Source: Dehalococcoidia bacterium (GTDB taxonomy: Bacteria; Chloroflexota; Dehalococcoidia; Lucifugimonadales; UBA3495). Taken from it: 64,000 bases of DNA. Within the stretch, counting starts at the first letter, position 1; the number at the start of each line of letters is the position of its first letter. Shown piece after piece: positions 38,315 through 47,803 of the stretch. Position numbers and translations under genes: made by a program. Under the pieces are notes generated by a model. It was not told the DNA's origin. It searched no databases and saw nothing but the letters and a program-made list of their open reading frames with translations. Where the stretch lies: the NCBI GenBank assembly GCA_965203435.1, contig CBDBCU010000006.1, positions 366,518 through 430,517 on the forward strand. The letters are read 5' to 3'.

Positions 38315-38908
38315 ATGGAAATTGCGCCGACGACGCCGGCCAAGGGGATGGTTTCCTTTCCCCAGGCGGTAATGCTGGCCCTGCGGAAGTATTCGGACTT
38401 CAGCGGGCGGGCCAGCCGCGCCGAATACTGGTGGTGGGTGCTGGCCCTGTGGATTGGCAATTCCATGGTTTCCGCCCTGGACGCCACCATCCTGTCCGTT
38501 TCCGAACAAGGGACTTTCAGCCCCTTCGGCTCCATATTCTTTCTGGCGGTCTTTCTGCCCTCCCTCGCCGTTACCGCCCGCCGCCTCCACGACCTCGGCC
38601 GCACCGGCTGGTGGCAAGTGGCTTGGGAAGCCCTGTTCACCCTGGGCTGGATCCCCTTGCTTATCGGCGCCATCGTGGGCCTGATTGGCGGTATCGGCGC
38701 GCTGATTGGCGGGATTCCCGACCTGATTTCCACTTGGGACTTCGGGGAGTTTTTCGGCAACCTGCTGGCCGCCCTGATTGGGCCGGTGCTGGTGGGCTTT
38801 GTCATTACCGCCCTGCTCTATCTGGGTACCTTTATCTGGTGGATCGTTTGGATGACCAAGCGGGGAACGGCCGGCCCCAACCGCTTTGGCCCGGATCCCC
38901 TGGCCTAG
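38315..38908 (+). CDS. DUF805 membrane protein
   Basis: YSDFSGRASRAEYWWW, LAVTARRLHDLGRTGWW, GPNRFGPDP. Confidence 0.92.
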   Translation: MEIAPTTPAKGMVSFPQAVMLALRKYSDFSGRASRAEYWWWVLALWIGNSMVSALDATILSVSEQGTFSPFGSIFFLAVFLPSLAVTARRLHDLGRTGWWQVAWEALFTLGWIPLLIGAIVGLIGGIGALIGGIPDLISTWDFGEFFGNLLAALIGPVLVGFVITALLYLGTFIWWIVWMTKRGTAGPNRFGPDPLA

Positions 38909-39002
38909 ACCGGGCGGCCCCGGCTAAAGCCCGGCGGCCGCTCCCGTTGCCGTGCCGGCCCGCCGGCGGCCGGCCCATTCCAATAGCCGGGCAAGGAGAA
39001 TT

Positions 39003-39533
39003 ATGACCGAAACCAAACCGATGCTGCCTTTCCCGGAGGCCATCAAATCCTGCCTGCGCCAGTATGTCGGGTTCACCGGCCGGGCGACCCGGGCCGAATA
39101 CTGGTGGTGGGTACTGGGCACCGTGGTGATGCACATCCTGCTGTCCCTCCTTGACCGGATTATTTTCGGCTTTGGGCCGGATAATTTCGGGTTGCTGGAT
39201 CCCCTGTTCGGCTTGGCGACGGTGTTGCCGAGCTTGGCCGTTACCGCCCGGCGGCTCCACGACATCGGCCGCACCGGTTGGTGGCAACTGGTGTGGCTCG
39301 GCGTCGGCATCCTGGGCGCGCTACCCTTTGCGGTTATGCTGGTGGTGGCCCTGGTCGGCGGCATCAGCGGCGATTTCAGCTGGGGCGCGGCTATCGTGCA
39401 GGCCCTGGTCGGACTGCTGATTTCCCTGGCGGTCTGGATTGGCTTGGCCGTCTGGCAAATCTGGTGGCTGGTTACGCAAGGGCAAGCCGGCCCGAACCGG
39501 CACGGCCCGGATCCCCGGGCCTGGACCGCCTAG
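39003..39533 (+). CDS. DUF805 membrane protein (tandem paralog)
   Basis: FTGRATRAEYWWW, LAVTARRLHDIGRTGWW, GPNRHGPDP. Confidence 0.92.
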   Translation: MTETKPMLPFPEAIKSCLRQYVGFTGRATRAEYWWWVLGTVVMHILLSLLDRIIFGFGPDNFGLLDPLFGLATVLPSLAVTARRLHDIGRTGWWQLVWLGVGILGALPFAVMLVVALVGGISGDFSWGAAIVQALVGLLISLAVWIGLAVWQIWWLVTQGQAGPNRHGPDPRAWTA

Positions 39534-39547
39534 TCGCGAGGGAAAAG

Positions 39548-39967
39548 ATGCCCAAAGTAATCCCGGTTCCCGACGAACTCAGCCAGCCCTTTTGGGAGGG
39601 GGTGCAGCAGCGGCGTTTGCTGTTGCAGCATTGCGCCGCCTGCGCCCGGTTTCAGTATCCGCCGCAGGCCATCTGCCAGTTCTGCGATTCCGCCGCCGCC
39701 CTGACTTGGCAGGAAGTGGTCGGCAAAGGCCGCATTGCCACCTACATTGTCATCGAGGACGGTCGGCTGAACCGGCGGATGCCCGACCAGCCCTATAACC
39801 TGGCCCTGATAACCCTGGACGCTGACCCCACCGTCAACTTCTACTCCAACCTGCCCGGAACGCCCCCTTACCAGGCACCGGTCGGGGCGGCGGTGGAAGT
39901 TTGCTTTGAGGAAGTAGCCCCGGGGCAGCTGATTCACGAATGGCGGGTGACCGGCAATGACCAGTAG
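39548..39967 (+). CDS. DUF35/ChsH2-type Zn-ribbon OB-fold protein
   Basis: SQPFWEG, LQHCAACARFQYPPQAICQFC, VGAAVEVCFE. Confidence 0.9.
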   Translation: MPKVIPVPDELSQPFWEGVQQRRLLLQHCAACARFQYPPQAICQFCDSAAALTWQEVVGKGRIATYIVIEDGRLNRRMPDQPYNLALITLDADPTVNFYSNLPGTPPYQAPVGAAVEVCFEEVAPGQLIHEWRVTGNDQ

Positions 39968-41273
39968 CAGCAACTTTCCCTGGCGGCGGGATAAAGACGG
40001 CTTGGGTGTTTGGGAACATCGCGGTCAGGTAGCCATCGCCGGCTACGGCCATTCCCCGGTGGATCGCCGCTGGGATGGCGTAAATCTGGATACGAGCCTG
40101 GGCGCCTATTCCCTTCTGGCCTGCCAGCGGGCGATGGCTGACGCCGGGGTGACGCCGGAGCAGGTTGACGGCGTAATCTGCTGCGACAGCCACATTGCCG
40201 GCGGCAGCGGCGGCTCCGCCTCCCGCTGGGCGCCGCGTACCTACTTTGCCCCGCCCTACGATTCCGAATACGGCCTGACCCTGGTCAACGGCGATTGGCT
40301 GGTCAAGACACTGGGCCTGCCCAATGTAAAGTTTGCGCCAACGGGAGTGCCGACCATCGGGGAAATGATGGGAATGGCGGCCCAAGCGGTCGGGGATGGG
40401 ATTTGCAACACTTGCCTGGTGATTTACCCCACCGGCAACTTGGCCGGCCGCTACCGCCGCGGCGGCGAAAATGCCGACGACTACGCCCGCGGCCCCCGCC
40501 AGTGGACGGTGCCTTGGGGCAATCACGGCGGCAACGATTTCATCAACATCTTTCCCCATAACCAGTATTGCCTGAAATACGGCGGGCAGCACGACGACCT
40601 GGCCCCCTTTGTCATCAATCAGCACAAAAACGGAATGTTGACCCCCTGGGGTTTCAACTACAATCACGGCATCGATCCCATCACGGTAGAGGACTATGTC
40701 AGTTCCCGCTACATCCTGAATCCGTTGCGGATTTGGGACTGCGATCGGCCGGTGAATGCGGCGGCGGCTTACCTGTTCACTACCGCGGAGCGGGCCCGGG
40801 ACCTGAAAGCCCCGCCGGTCTATGTGCTGAATCATTCCCAGCACAACTTTAAATTCCGCACCACCCAGCCCGATTTGGCCGAAGTCGAGGAATGGACCGA
40901 CCGGGCGGCGGCGCGGATGTACGAGGGGGCCGGCCTCGGCCCGGCCGATGTGGACATTTTCAATCCCTATGACGGCTATTCCATAATGACCCAGTTCTTT
41001 CTGGAGGGCTTTCAGTGGCACGGGGTCAAGCGGGGCGATGCCTTTGCCTTTTATGCCGGCGACCTCAGCGTCAAGGGGCCGCATCCTTTCAGCTCCAGCG
41101 GCGGCAACCTGGGCAATGGGCGCACCCGCACCGCTATGTATACCGACAGCATCGAGCAGCTGCGGGGAACGGCCGGGCCGCGCCAGGTAACGGTGCGCGC
41201 CGAAACCGCCTTGTGCGCCTTTACCACCCCCAGCAGCGGCGGCTGGCTGATGTTGGGCAAACACCCCCGCTGA
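39957..41273 (+). CDS. Thiolase-superfamily protein (SCP2/Ltp2-like)
   Basis: VAIAGYG, DYVSSRYILNPLRIWDCD, DVDIFNPYDGYS, SSGGNLG, EQLRGTAGPRQV. Confidence 0.85.
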   Translation: MTSSSNFPWRRDKDGLGVWEHRGQVAIAGYGHSPVDRRWDGVNLDTSLGAYSLLACQRAMADAGVTPEQVDGVICCDSHIAGGSGGSASRWAPRTYFAPPYDSEYGLTLVNGDWLVKTLGLPNVKFAPTGVPTIGEMMGMAAQAVGDGICNTCLVIYPTGNLAGRYRRGGENADDYARGPRQWTVPWGNHGGNDFINIFPHNQYCLKYGGQHDDLAPFVINQHKNGMLTPWGFNYNHGIDPITVEDYVSSRYILNPLRIWDCDRPVNAAAAYLFTTAERARDLKAPPVYVLNHSQHNFKFRTTQPDLAEVEEWTDRAAARMYEGAGLGPADVDIFNPYDGYSIMTQFFLEGFQWHGVKRGDAFAFYAGDLSVKGPHPFSSSGGNLGNGRTRTAMYTDSIEQLRGTAGPRQVTVRAETALCAFTTPSSGGWLMLGKHPR

Positions 41274-41326
41274 AAGCAATGGCGCAAGTGACCTGGATGG
41301 CGCAATGCCCCCGGCCCGCGCCAAAC

Positions 41327-41672
41327 CGTCATTCCCGCGTAAGCGGGAATCCCCGCGCCGGCAAGTGGGGATACCTATAGCCTATCATTCCGCTCATCCT
41401 GAACTTGTTGAAGGGTCATCCTGAACCTGTCGAGGGACGAATACGCCACAGCAGAACTGAACCGACTGACCGGGATGGGGCAATGCCGCCTTACCCACGC
41501 CAGACCGTCATTCCCGCGCAAGCGGGAATCCGTCCGCCGGCAATGCGGGATCCCTAATGGAGCGGAAATCCTTCGCCAGACCGTCATTCCCGCGTAAGCG
41601 GGAATCCCCACGACGGCAATTCGGGATACCCAAAGGCCATCATTCCGCTCATCCTGAACTTGTTGAAGGATG
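41327..41672. repeat. Mosaic cluster of family B (41327, 41506, 41582) and family A (41389, 41644) REPs
   Basis: GTCATTCCCGCG(T/C)AAGCGGGAATCC three times, TCCGCTCATCCTGAACTTGTTGAAGG twice. Confidence 0.88.
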
Positions 41673-41706
41673 AATACGCAGCAACCGAAACCTCGGGAGG
41701 AAACCC

Positions 41707-42054
41707 TTGACCAAACTAATCAGTTTTGACATCGACGGTACCCTGGAAGTGGGCGACCCGCCCGGCTGCATCACCCTGGATCTGGTGCGCGCCGCCCAGG
41801 CCCACGGCTGCATTATCGGCAGCTGCTCCGACCGCACCGTCAGCAATCAGCAGCGCCTCTGGCGGGAAAATGCCCTCCCCATGCAGTTCACCGTCCTGAA
41901 ACACCAACTGCCGCAGGTCAAAGCTGAGTTCGCCGCCGACCAGTATATCCACATTGGCGACACCGAAATTGACCGCCAGTACGCCGAGCGTTCCGGCTTT
42001 CAATTCCTGTTGCCGGATGCCCCGGTAGCCCAGCTGTGGGAGGGTTCGGATTAG
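41707..42054 (+). CDS. Minimal HAD-family hydrolase
   Basis: ISFDIDGTL, IGSCSDR, HIGDTEID; GGAGG RBS. Confidence 0.85.
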   Translation: MTKLISFDIDGTLEVGDPPGCITLDLVRAAQAHGCIIGSCSDRTVSNQQRLWRENALPMQFTVLKHQLPQVKAEFAADQYIHIGDTEIDRQYAERSGFQFLLPDAPVAQLWEGSD

Positions 42055-42868
42055 CTGTCCCATCCGCAACGGCCAAGCCCTGATCGACCGGTTCCGCCAG
42101 GCCCGCAGCGACCCGGCCCTGGCGGTACTGGAGGGTTTTCATCCCTTGAAACACGCCCTCCGTTTCGGCGCGGCGGTACAGGAAACGGCCGCCGTCGATG
42201 CCGGAGAACTGGCCCGCTTGACCCAAGCCCTGGCCCCGGATTTGGCCGGCCTATTGGATCGCGATTTGACCCTTGTGCCGCCGGCCCTTTTCCGCCAACT
42301 TTCTCCGGCACCCCCGCCCACCGGCGTTATTGCCTTGGCGCAACGGCCGGCGGTCGACCGGGCGGCAATGCTGCATAACCCCGGCCCGGCCCCGTTGGTA
42401 CTCCTGGAAAATCCCCGGAGTCATGGCAATGCCGGCGCCGCCATCCGGGCCGCCGCGGCCGCCGGAGCCGCCGGCGTAATTGCCACCGGCGAACATGACC
42501 CCTGGCATCCTTCAGCGCTAGTCGGCTCCGCCGGCTTGCACTTTGCTTTGCCGGTAGCCGGCTGGCCCGATTTTGCGCCGGGCTGGACTGATTTTGCGCC
42601 GGCTGAGGTTGACCGGGAACAATGGGGAAAGCGGCCGCTAGTGGCCTTGGATCCGGCCGGCGCGCCGCTGCGGCCCGGCGGGATCCCCGACCGGGCTTTG
42701 CTGATTTTCGGCTCGGAAAGAGAGGGTGTCAGCCCGGGATTGCTGGCTTTGGCTGACGACCGGATAGCCCTGCCCATGATGCCGGGCGTGTCCAGCCTGA
42801 ACCTGGCCACGGCGGTGGCCGTAGCCCTATACACCTGGCGGCTGGGTCAGGAAAGTCCCTCATCGTAG
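42050..42868 (+). CDS. TrmH/SpoU-family RNA 2'-O-methyltransferase; start codon uncertain
   Basis: LENPRSHGNAGAAIR, IFGSEREG, SSLNLATAVAV; the frame stays open and protein-like upstream of TTG 42146 (RFRQARSDPALAVLEGFHPLKH). Confidence 0.85.
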   Translation: MSCPIRNGQALIDRFRQARSDPALAVLEGFHPLKHALRFGAAVQETAAVDAGELARLTQALAPDLAGLLDRDLTLVPPALFRQLSPAPPPTGVIALAQRPAVDRAAMLHNPGPAPLVLLENPRSHGNAGAAIRAAAAAGAAGVIATGEHDPWHPSALVGSAGLHFALPVAGWPDFAPGWTDFAPAEVDREQWGKRPLVALDPAGAPLRPGGIPDRALLIFGSEREGVSPGLLALADDRIALPMMPGVSSLNLATAVAVALYTWRLGQESPSS

Positions 42869-43965
42869 CGGATGGCCCGGTGCGGAAAGAGAGCCGACCA
42901 GTCAAAATCCACGCCATGCCCCGGCGTTTCCCGGGGAGTGTAAAAACCTTTTTCCGGCAGTAGCGGATTGACGATAAAGCCGCTGTTGTTCAGGTTTAGG
43001 GCCGGCAGATGTTCCACCAGAAAGCCGTTGGCCGCGCCGCAGCACAGGTGTACCGACAATTCCTCGACCAGATGCGGGGCCATGGGCAGATGATAGGCAT
43101 CGGCCAGCCGGGCAATCCGCATCCAGGGGGTAATGCCGCCGACCCGACACACATCCGCCTGGACGAACTGCACCGCTTCCCGTTGGAACAAGTCCAGAAA
43201 CTGCTCTACCTGCCATTCCCCTTCCCCGCCGGCCAAAGCTACATTGACCGTGCGGCTCAAGCGTTGATAGCCGGCGTGATCCTCGGAAAGGATTGGCTCC
43301 TCCAGCCAGAACAGGTTGAACTCATCCATTGCCCGGGCCCGGGTTATCGCTTCGCCCACCGCCCAGCGTTGATTGGCATCCACCATCAGCGGCGTATGGG
43401 GGCCAATGGCTTGCCGGACGGCCCGCAGCCGTTCCAGATCCTCGGCCGGCCGTTCCCGGCCCACCTTGATTTTGACGCCCCAATAGTCCTGGTTGACAAA
43501 GTTCTGTACCGCGTCCACCAGTTCCTCCGTGGAATAGGCCAGGTCAATGCCGCTGCCATAGGCCGGAATCCGTTCCCGATAGCCGCCCAGCAAGCGGAAC
43601 AGCGGCTGCCCGGCGGCCTTGCCGGCCAAATCCCACAGGGCAATATCCAGGGGGGCCAGGGTAACGGCGGTCAGGCCGGCCATAGTGATGTTGGGAAAGA
43701 CGCTGCGCCACAGCTTATCCCACAGCCGCTCGATGTCCGCCGGATTTTCCCCCAGCAGGCGCGGCCCCAGCAGGGAATCAATGGCGGCTTTCATCCCCCG
43801 GCCGCTGTCGCCATGGCTGTAAGTCCAGCCAATGCCCTCCAGCCCGTCGTCGGTGATGATGCGGCCCAGCAGCAGGCTGGTCGCTTCAATCTGCGCGCTG
43901 GAGTTGGACAACCCCGGCGACCGGGGTATCCGGTATAAAGCCGTATCTACCTGCTCGATCCGCAA
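42847..43965 (-). CDS. Mandelate racemase/muconate lactonizing enzyme family protein
   Basis: DIALWDLAGK, VKIKVG, LMVDANQ, WLEEP, GE, QADVCRVGGIT, APH. Confidence 0.93.
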   Translation of the reverse strand: MRIEQVDTALYRIPRSPGLSNSSAQIEATSLLLGRIITDDGLEGIGWTYSHGDSGRGMKAAIDSLLGPRLLGENPADIERLWDKLWRSVFPNITMAGLTAVTLAPLDIALWDLAGKAAGQPLFRLLGGYRERIPAYGSGIDLAYSTEELVDAVQNFVNQDYWGVKIKVGRERPAEDLERLRAVRQAIGPHTPLMVDANQRWAVGEAITRARAMDEFNLFWLEEPILSEDHAGYQRLSRTVNVALAGGEGEWQVEQFLDLFQREAVQFVQADVCRVGGITPWMRIARLADAYHLPMAPHLVEELSVHLCCGAANGFLVEHLPALNLNNSGFIVNPLLPEKGFYTPRETPGHGVDFDWSALFPHRAIRYDEGLS

Positions 43966-43995
43966 TGCGCAATCCCCCTTTCCGCTAAATTCCCG

Positions 43996-44841
43996 TTAGA
44001 CCGCCGCCGCCGCAACCGGGGCCAACTGCCGGGCCACAAAGGTTTTCATCAGCCCGATCGCCCGGTCCGACTCCGCCCCGGGAGTGTTGCCAAAGCCGTG
44101 CGGCATATCCGGGAAAATCTCCAGTTGAATGTCCCCGCCGGCGGCTTGATAGGCGGCGGCGAACCGCTCCGGGATGGACAAGGGTACATTATCGTCCCGG
44201 GTGCCTTGAATAATCAAAGTCGGCGGCAACCGTGCCGGCTCGCCCCGTTCCAGAATGTGCTGGGGATTGCCCTCTCGCATCGTATCCTGGCTCAGGAAAT
44301 AGGCTTCGGTCGACTCGGCCAGCCGTTCATTGTTGGCTTCTTGGGCGTAAAGATAGCGGGCATAAGGATCCAGCACCGGCCAGCAGCAGATGGTATAAGC
44401 CATCGCCGCGTCAAAGCCGGTAGGCAAATCCAGGGCGGCGTAGCGGGAATCCGCCGGCCGCATCCCATTGAGCATCAGGGTATGGCCGCCGCTGGAGGAG
44501 CCGATGCCGCCCACGCTGGCCGGGTCAATGTTAAACTCAGCGGCGTTAGCCTTGAGCCAACGGGCCGCGTAGTTCACATCCTGCACCTGGGCCGGATAGG
44601 GATGGGCCGGGGCCAAGCGGAAATCCACGGCCGCCACCACAATGCCGCTGGCCGCCAGAGCCGCCGCCATCACCGCGTCATTGCTGCGGTCGCCCCGATT
44701 CCACGCGCCCCCATGAACATCCAACAGGCCGGGAAAGGGGCCAATCCCCTGCGGCCGGTACAGGGTCACGCCCCAACCGGCCTGATATTCCCGCTCCTCG
44801 ACCTTAACCTCAAACTGCTGCGCCGGGTTGTAATCGGCCAT
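43996..44841 (-). CDS. Alpha/beta-hydrolase (esterase)
   Basis: HGGAW, FRLAPAHPYPA, GSSSGG, QGTRDD, PHGF. Confidence 0.92.
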   Translation of the reverse strand: MADYNPAQQFEVKVEEREYQAGWGVTLYRPQGIGPFPGLLDVHGGAWNRGDRSNDAVMAAALAASGIVVAAVDFRLAPAHPYPAQVQDVNYAARWLKANAAEFNIDPASVGGIGSSSGGHTLMLNGMRPADSRYAALDLPTGFDAAMAYTICCWPVLDPYARYLYAQEANNERLAESTEAYFLSQDTMREGNPQHILERGEPARLPPTLIIQGTRDDNVPLSIPERFAAAYQAAGGDIQLEIFPDMPHGFGNTPGAESDRAIGLMKTFVARQLAPVAAAAV

Positions 44842-44860
44842 GCCATACTCTCCTTGGCTC

Positions 44861-45622
44861 TTAAATCAGGGCTTCCGGGGTGAAAATCCCCTCGAAATCG
44901 GCGGCCGTGGCCGGGTTTGCCGGGGCCACGCCCAAAGTGGTTTCCATAAACCAATAGACCTGCTTGAGATGATGGGTGCTGTGGCTGAGGATGATGTTCA
45001 GCAGTTCCTCGACCGTTACTTCCCCGCCGTAATGGGCCGGCACCACCCGGTTCAGGGCGGCATCATCCTTGCCGTTCAGGAAAGCGGTAATGCTGCTGAT
45101 AACCCCCCGGCCGTAGTCGGCAATTTCCGCCGGCTGATTCACCCCGGTCAGCCGTTCCCGGCACGCCTGCATATCCTCCGGGGTCATGCTGCCGGTGCGG
45201 TGGCTCAGCCAAGCCAGTTCCGGGAAGGACAGGATGTGGACGATGGTGTCCCGCAAGGTTTCCGGCCGCCAAGCCACTTCCCGCTGCAACTGCGCCGGGG
45301 AAAGCTGGAGGGTAGCCCGGATGGTAGCGTTCAGGATGCGGTCGTACTTGTCCGCCATCCACTCGGCCCGCCCGGAAAGCTCCACCTGCGCCGTCAGCTG
45401 CAAGAGGTCAATCAGCTTCCGGGGGTAGTAGCCGATGATGATTTCGGTATCGTCCACCACCGTAACCGGGGCCGACTTGATGCCGTGACGGATCAGGAAA
45501 GCCTGGGCCGCCGGTTCGCTGGCAATGTCGTGGTGCTCATACTGAACACCGTTGGAGGCTAGAAACTCCTCTAGCGTCCGGCAGCTGAATCAACCCGGGT
45601 TGGTATAGACATCTACTTTCAT
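44861..45622 (-). CDS. Putative selenoprotein: UxxC glutaredoxin fused to DinB-family domain (253 aa, Sec at codon 11)
   Basis: GGAGG RBS, ATG 45622: MKVDVYTNPG-UGA-FSCRTLEEFL...HDI...KSAPVTVVDD..IIGY, in frame with ORF 45460-44861 (TIVHIL, HSTHHLKQV). Confidence 0.85.
45554..45579 (-). promoter_or_regulatory. Candidate bacterial SECIS hairpin
   Basis: mRNA GGA-C-GCUAGAG-GAGU-UUCUAGC-C-UCC; loop begins 21 nt after UGA, with G first in the loop. Confidence 0.65.
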
Positions 45623-45821
45623 TTCTTTGCCTCCGGCGGCCGCTGTAATTCGGCCGCCCCGTTCAGGATAGCGGAAACCGGGAAACATAGCAAGGGCGGA
45701 AAAGCGGCTTTTTCCGCCGCCATCATCCTTTGCCCCTTAGCCGCCGGAAAGTTATATAATGGGATTAGGCAAGGGATTTTGCCGGGCCGGGTTTGCCGGG
45801 CCGGAGCAGGGAGGGCCAGTT

Positions 45822-46766
45822 ATGGATCCGGACGGGATGACGATTTGGCAGGAAACTCCGGCCGCCGACTATCTGATTGCCGGCTGGAAAAACCAGTGGT
45901 CGGACGGCGGCAACATTTCCAGCGGCCTGCCCGCCTATCTGATTGAGCGGCTGAACGCCCGCAAAATCGGGCGCTTGGGGCCGGAAATTGAGCGGATGTG
46001 CTATCCCTTTCAGATTGCCGGCACCCACGACGCCTTTCGGCCGGCGGCCGCCTTTTACGAGGGTCTGCCCAGCGTGCCAATGCACTGGGACAACGAGTTT
46101 TATGACGCCGGCAACGGGCTGATTGTCTTTCTCGGCGAGGAACCGTGGTTCGAGCTGGATTTGTACGGAGATGCCCTCTTTGCCGCTATCCGGCGGCTGG
46201 GCATTAAGCAGACCGCCGCCGTCGAGGGCTACAACGGCCCGGCCCCGCCGGATTTGGAACGGCGGGTGGGCTGCGTGTTCAGCCAGCCGGAAATGCAGGA
46301 TACCCTGGAACGCCACGGCATCCAGTTTTCCAACTATGGCAGCGGTACCCGCCAGGGGCCGACCATTGGCATGGCCCTGGTAACGATGGCCCACTATCGC
46401 CACCCGGACTTGTCGGTGTTCCGCCTGGGGGCTATGGCCCCGATGTATCCCTTTTCCACCTCGGGCAATCGGCAGGTGGGCATAGTCACCGACTACCGGG
46501 CTTTCTTTGACCTGATGCGGCGCCTCAAAGCCATGTTCCGCCTTTCCATCGACCTGTCGGATTTGGAAAGCCGGGGCAACGCCGAATCGGCTCGCTTGCA
46601 GGAAACCCTGGAACGCATCAGCAATTCCAATTCCAACGCCCGGGAAATCATCGACCGGGTGCGCGCCGATTACCGCTACATCCCCTTCGAGGAACCAGTG
46701 GAATTGCCGCCGCAGCTGGATCAAGCCCTGGATGACATCCTGCGCGAAGGGCCGGAACCGGCGTAA
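45822..46766 (+). CDS. PAC2 (proteasome assembly chaperone-like) family protein
   Basis: LIAGWKNQWSDGG, FLGEEP, YGSG..GPT, IDLSDLE; similarity judged by motif pattern. Confidence 0.75.
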   Translation: MDPDGMTIWQETPAADYLIAGWKNQWSDGGNISSGLPAYLIERLNARKIGRLGPEIERMCYPFQIAGTHDAFRPAAAFYEGLPSVPMHWDNEFYDAGNGLIVFLGEEPWFELDLYGDALFAAIRRLGIKQTAAVEGYNGPAPPDLERRVGCVFSQPEMQDTLERHGIQFSNYGSGTRQGPTIGMALVTMAHYRHPDLSVFRLGAMAPMYPFSTSGNRQVGIVTDYRAFFDLMRRLKAMFRLSIDLSDLESRGNAESARLQETLERISNSNSNAREIIDRVRADYRYIPFEEPVELPPQLDQALDDILREGPEPA

Positions 46767-46868
46767 AAACCCGGTTTGCCCGGAAGTAACAATCCGCTCA
46801 CCCTGAACTTGTTGAAAGGCTATCCCGAACTTGTTTAGGGATGAAACAACCAATAGGAGGAACCCGCC

Positions 46869-47651
46869 TTGCGCCTGGCCGGAAAAACCGCCCTGATTAC
46901 CGGAGCCAGCCGAAACATCGGCAAGGAAACCGCCTTGACCTTTGCCCGGGAAGGGGCCGACCTCATCCTCAGTTCCCTCAACAGCCCGGAGGAACTGGCC
47001 GCCGTGGCCGCCGAATGTCGCGATTTGGGGGTCAGCGTCTATACCGCCCTGGCCGATATTGCCGATGCGGCCCAATGCCGGCAACTGGTCGCCGACGGAC
47101 TGGCGGCCTTGGGGAAAATCGATGTGCTGGTCAGCAACGCCGCCATTCGGCCGCATCATCCCCTGCTGTCCGTTACCGAGGCCGACTGGCATCGGGTTTT
47201 CGCCATCAACCTGCACTCCAGCTTTTACCTGTGCCAAGCGGTTCTGCCGGGGATGATGGAACGGGAAACCGGCAGCATCATCGCCATCGGGGGAATGGCT
47301 GCCCTTACCGGCCGGCCGGACACCGCCGCCGTTACCGCCGCCAAAACCGGCCTGTGGGGACTGATCCGCGCCGTAGCCGCCGAGTTCGCCCCCTACAACA
47401 TCCGGGCCAATATGGTCAATCCCGGCACTATTGACACCGCCCGCCGCAATCCGGAGTGGTTTGCCCGGGAATCCCGGCGGCCGGACGGCAATTCGGAACA
47501 GTTGCGCCGCATCCCCCTGGGCCGGCAAGGCGCTGTTTCCGACATTGCCAACGCCTGCCTCTTTCTGGCGTCTGACGAATCCGCTTACATCACCGGCGAC
47601 CAGCTTAATGTGGTCGGCGGCCGCTATATGGTAGCCGCCGCCACCGACTGA
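46869..47651 (+). CDS. SDR-family oxidoreductase
   Basis: TGASRNIG, VSNAA, VTAAK (catalytic Tyr replaced by Val), VNPGTIDT, YITG. Confidence 0.92.
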   Translation: MRLAGKTALITGASRNIGKETALTFAREGADLILSSLNSPEELAAVAAECRDLGVSVYTALADIADAAQCRQLVADGLAALGKIDVLVSNAAIRPHHPLLSVTEADWHRVFAINLHSSFYLCQAVLPGMMERETGSIIAIGGMAALTGRPDTAAVTAAKTGLWGLIRAVAAEFAPYNIRANMVNPGTIDTARRNPEWFARESRRPDGNSEQLRRIPLGRQGAVSDIANACLFLASDESAYITGDQLNVVGGRYMVAAATD

Positions 47652-47803
47652 GGACGGCGGCCGAACCGCCTAACGGAATCGCCGCCAGTTCATCCGGTTA
47701 CGGCCTATTCCATCCGCTCATCCTGAACTTGTTGAAGGATGAACACGCCGCAATGGGATGAACCGGCGGCAGTAAAAGCCAATGCAATCAGGAGGTTAAA
47801 GTT

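Noticed and set aside
36859-39533. Integrated prophage or ICE at tRNA-Asn
   Set aside because: No integrase, phage genes or repeated tRNA 3' end found.
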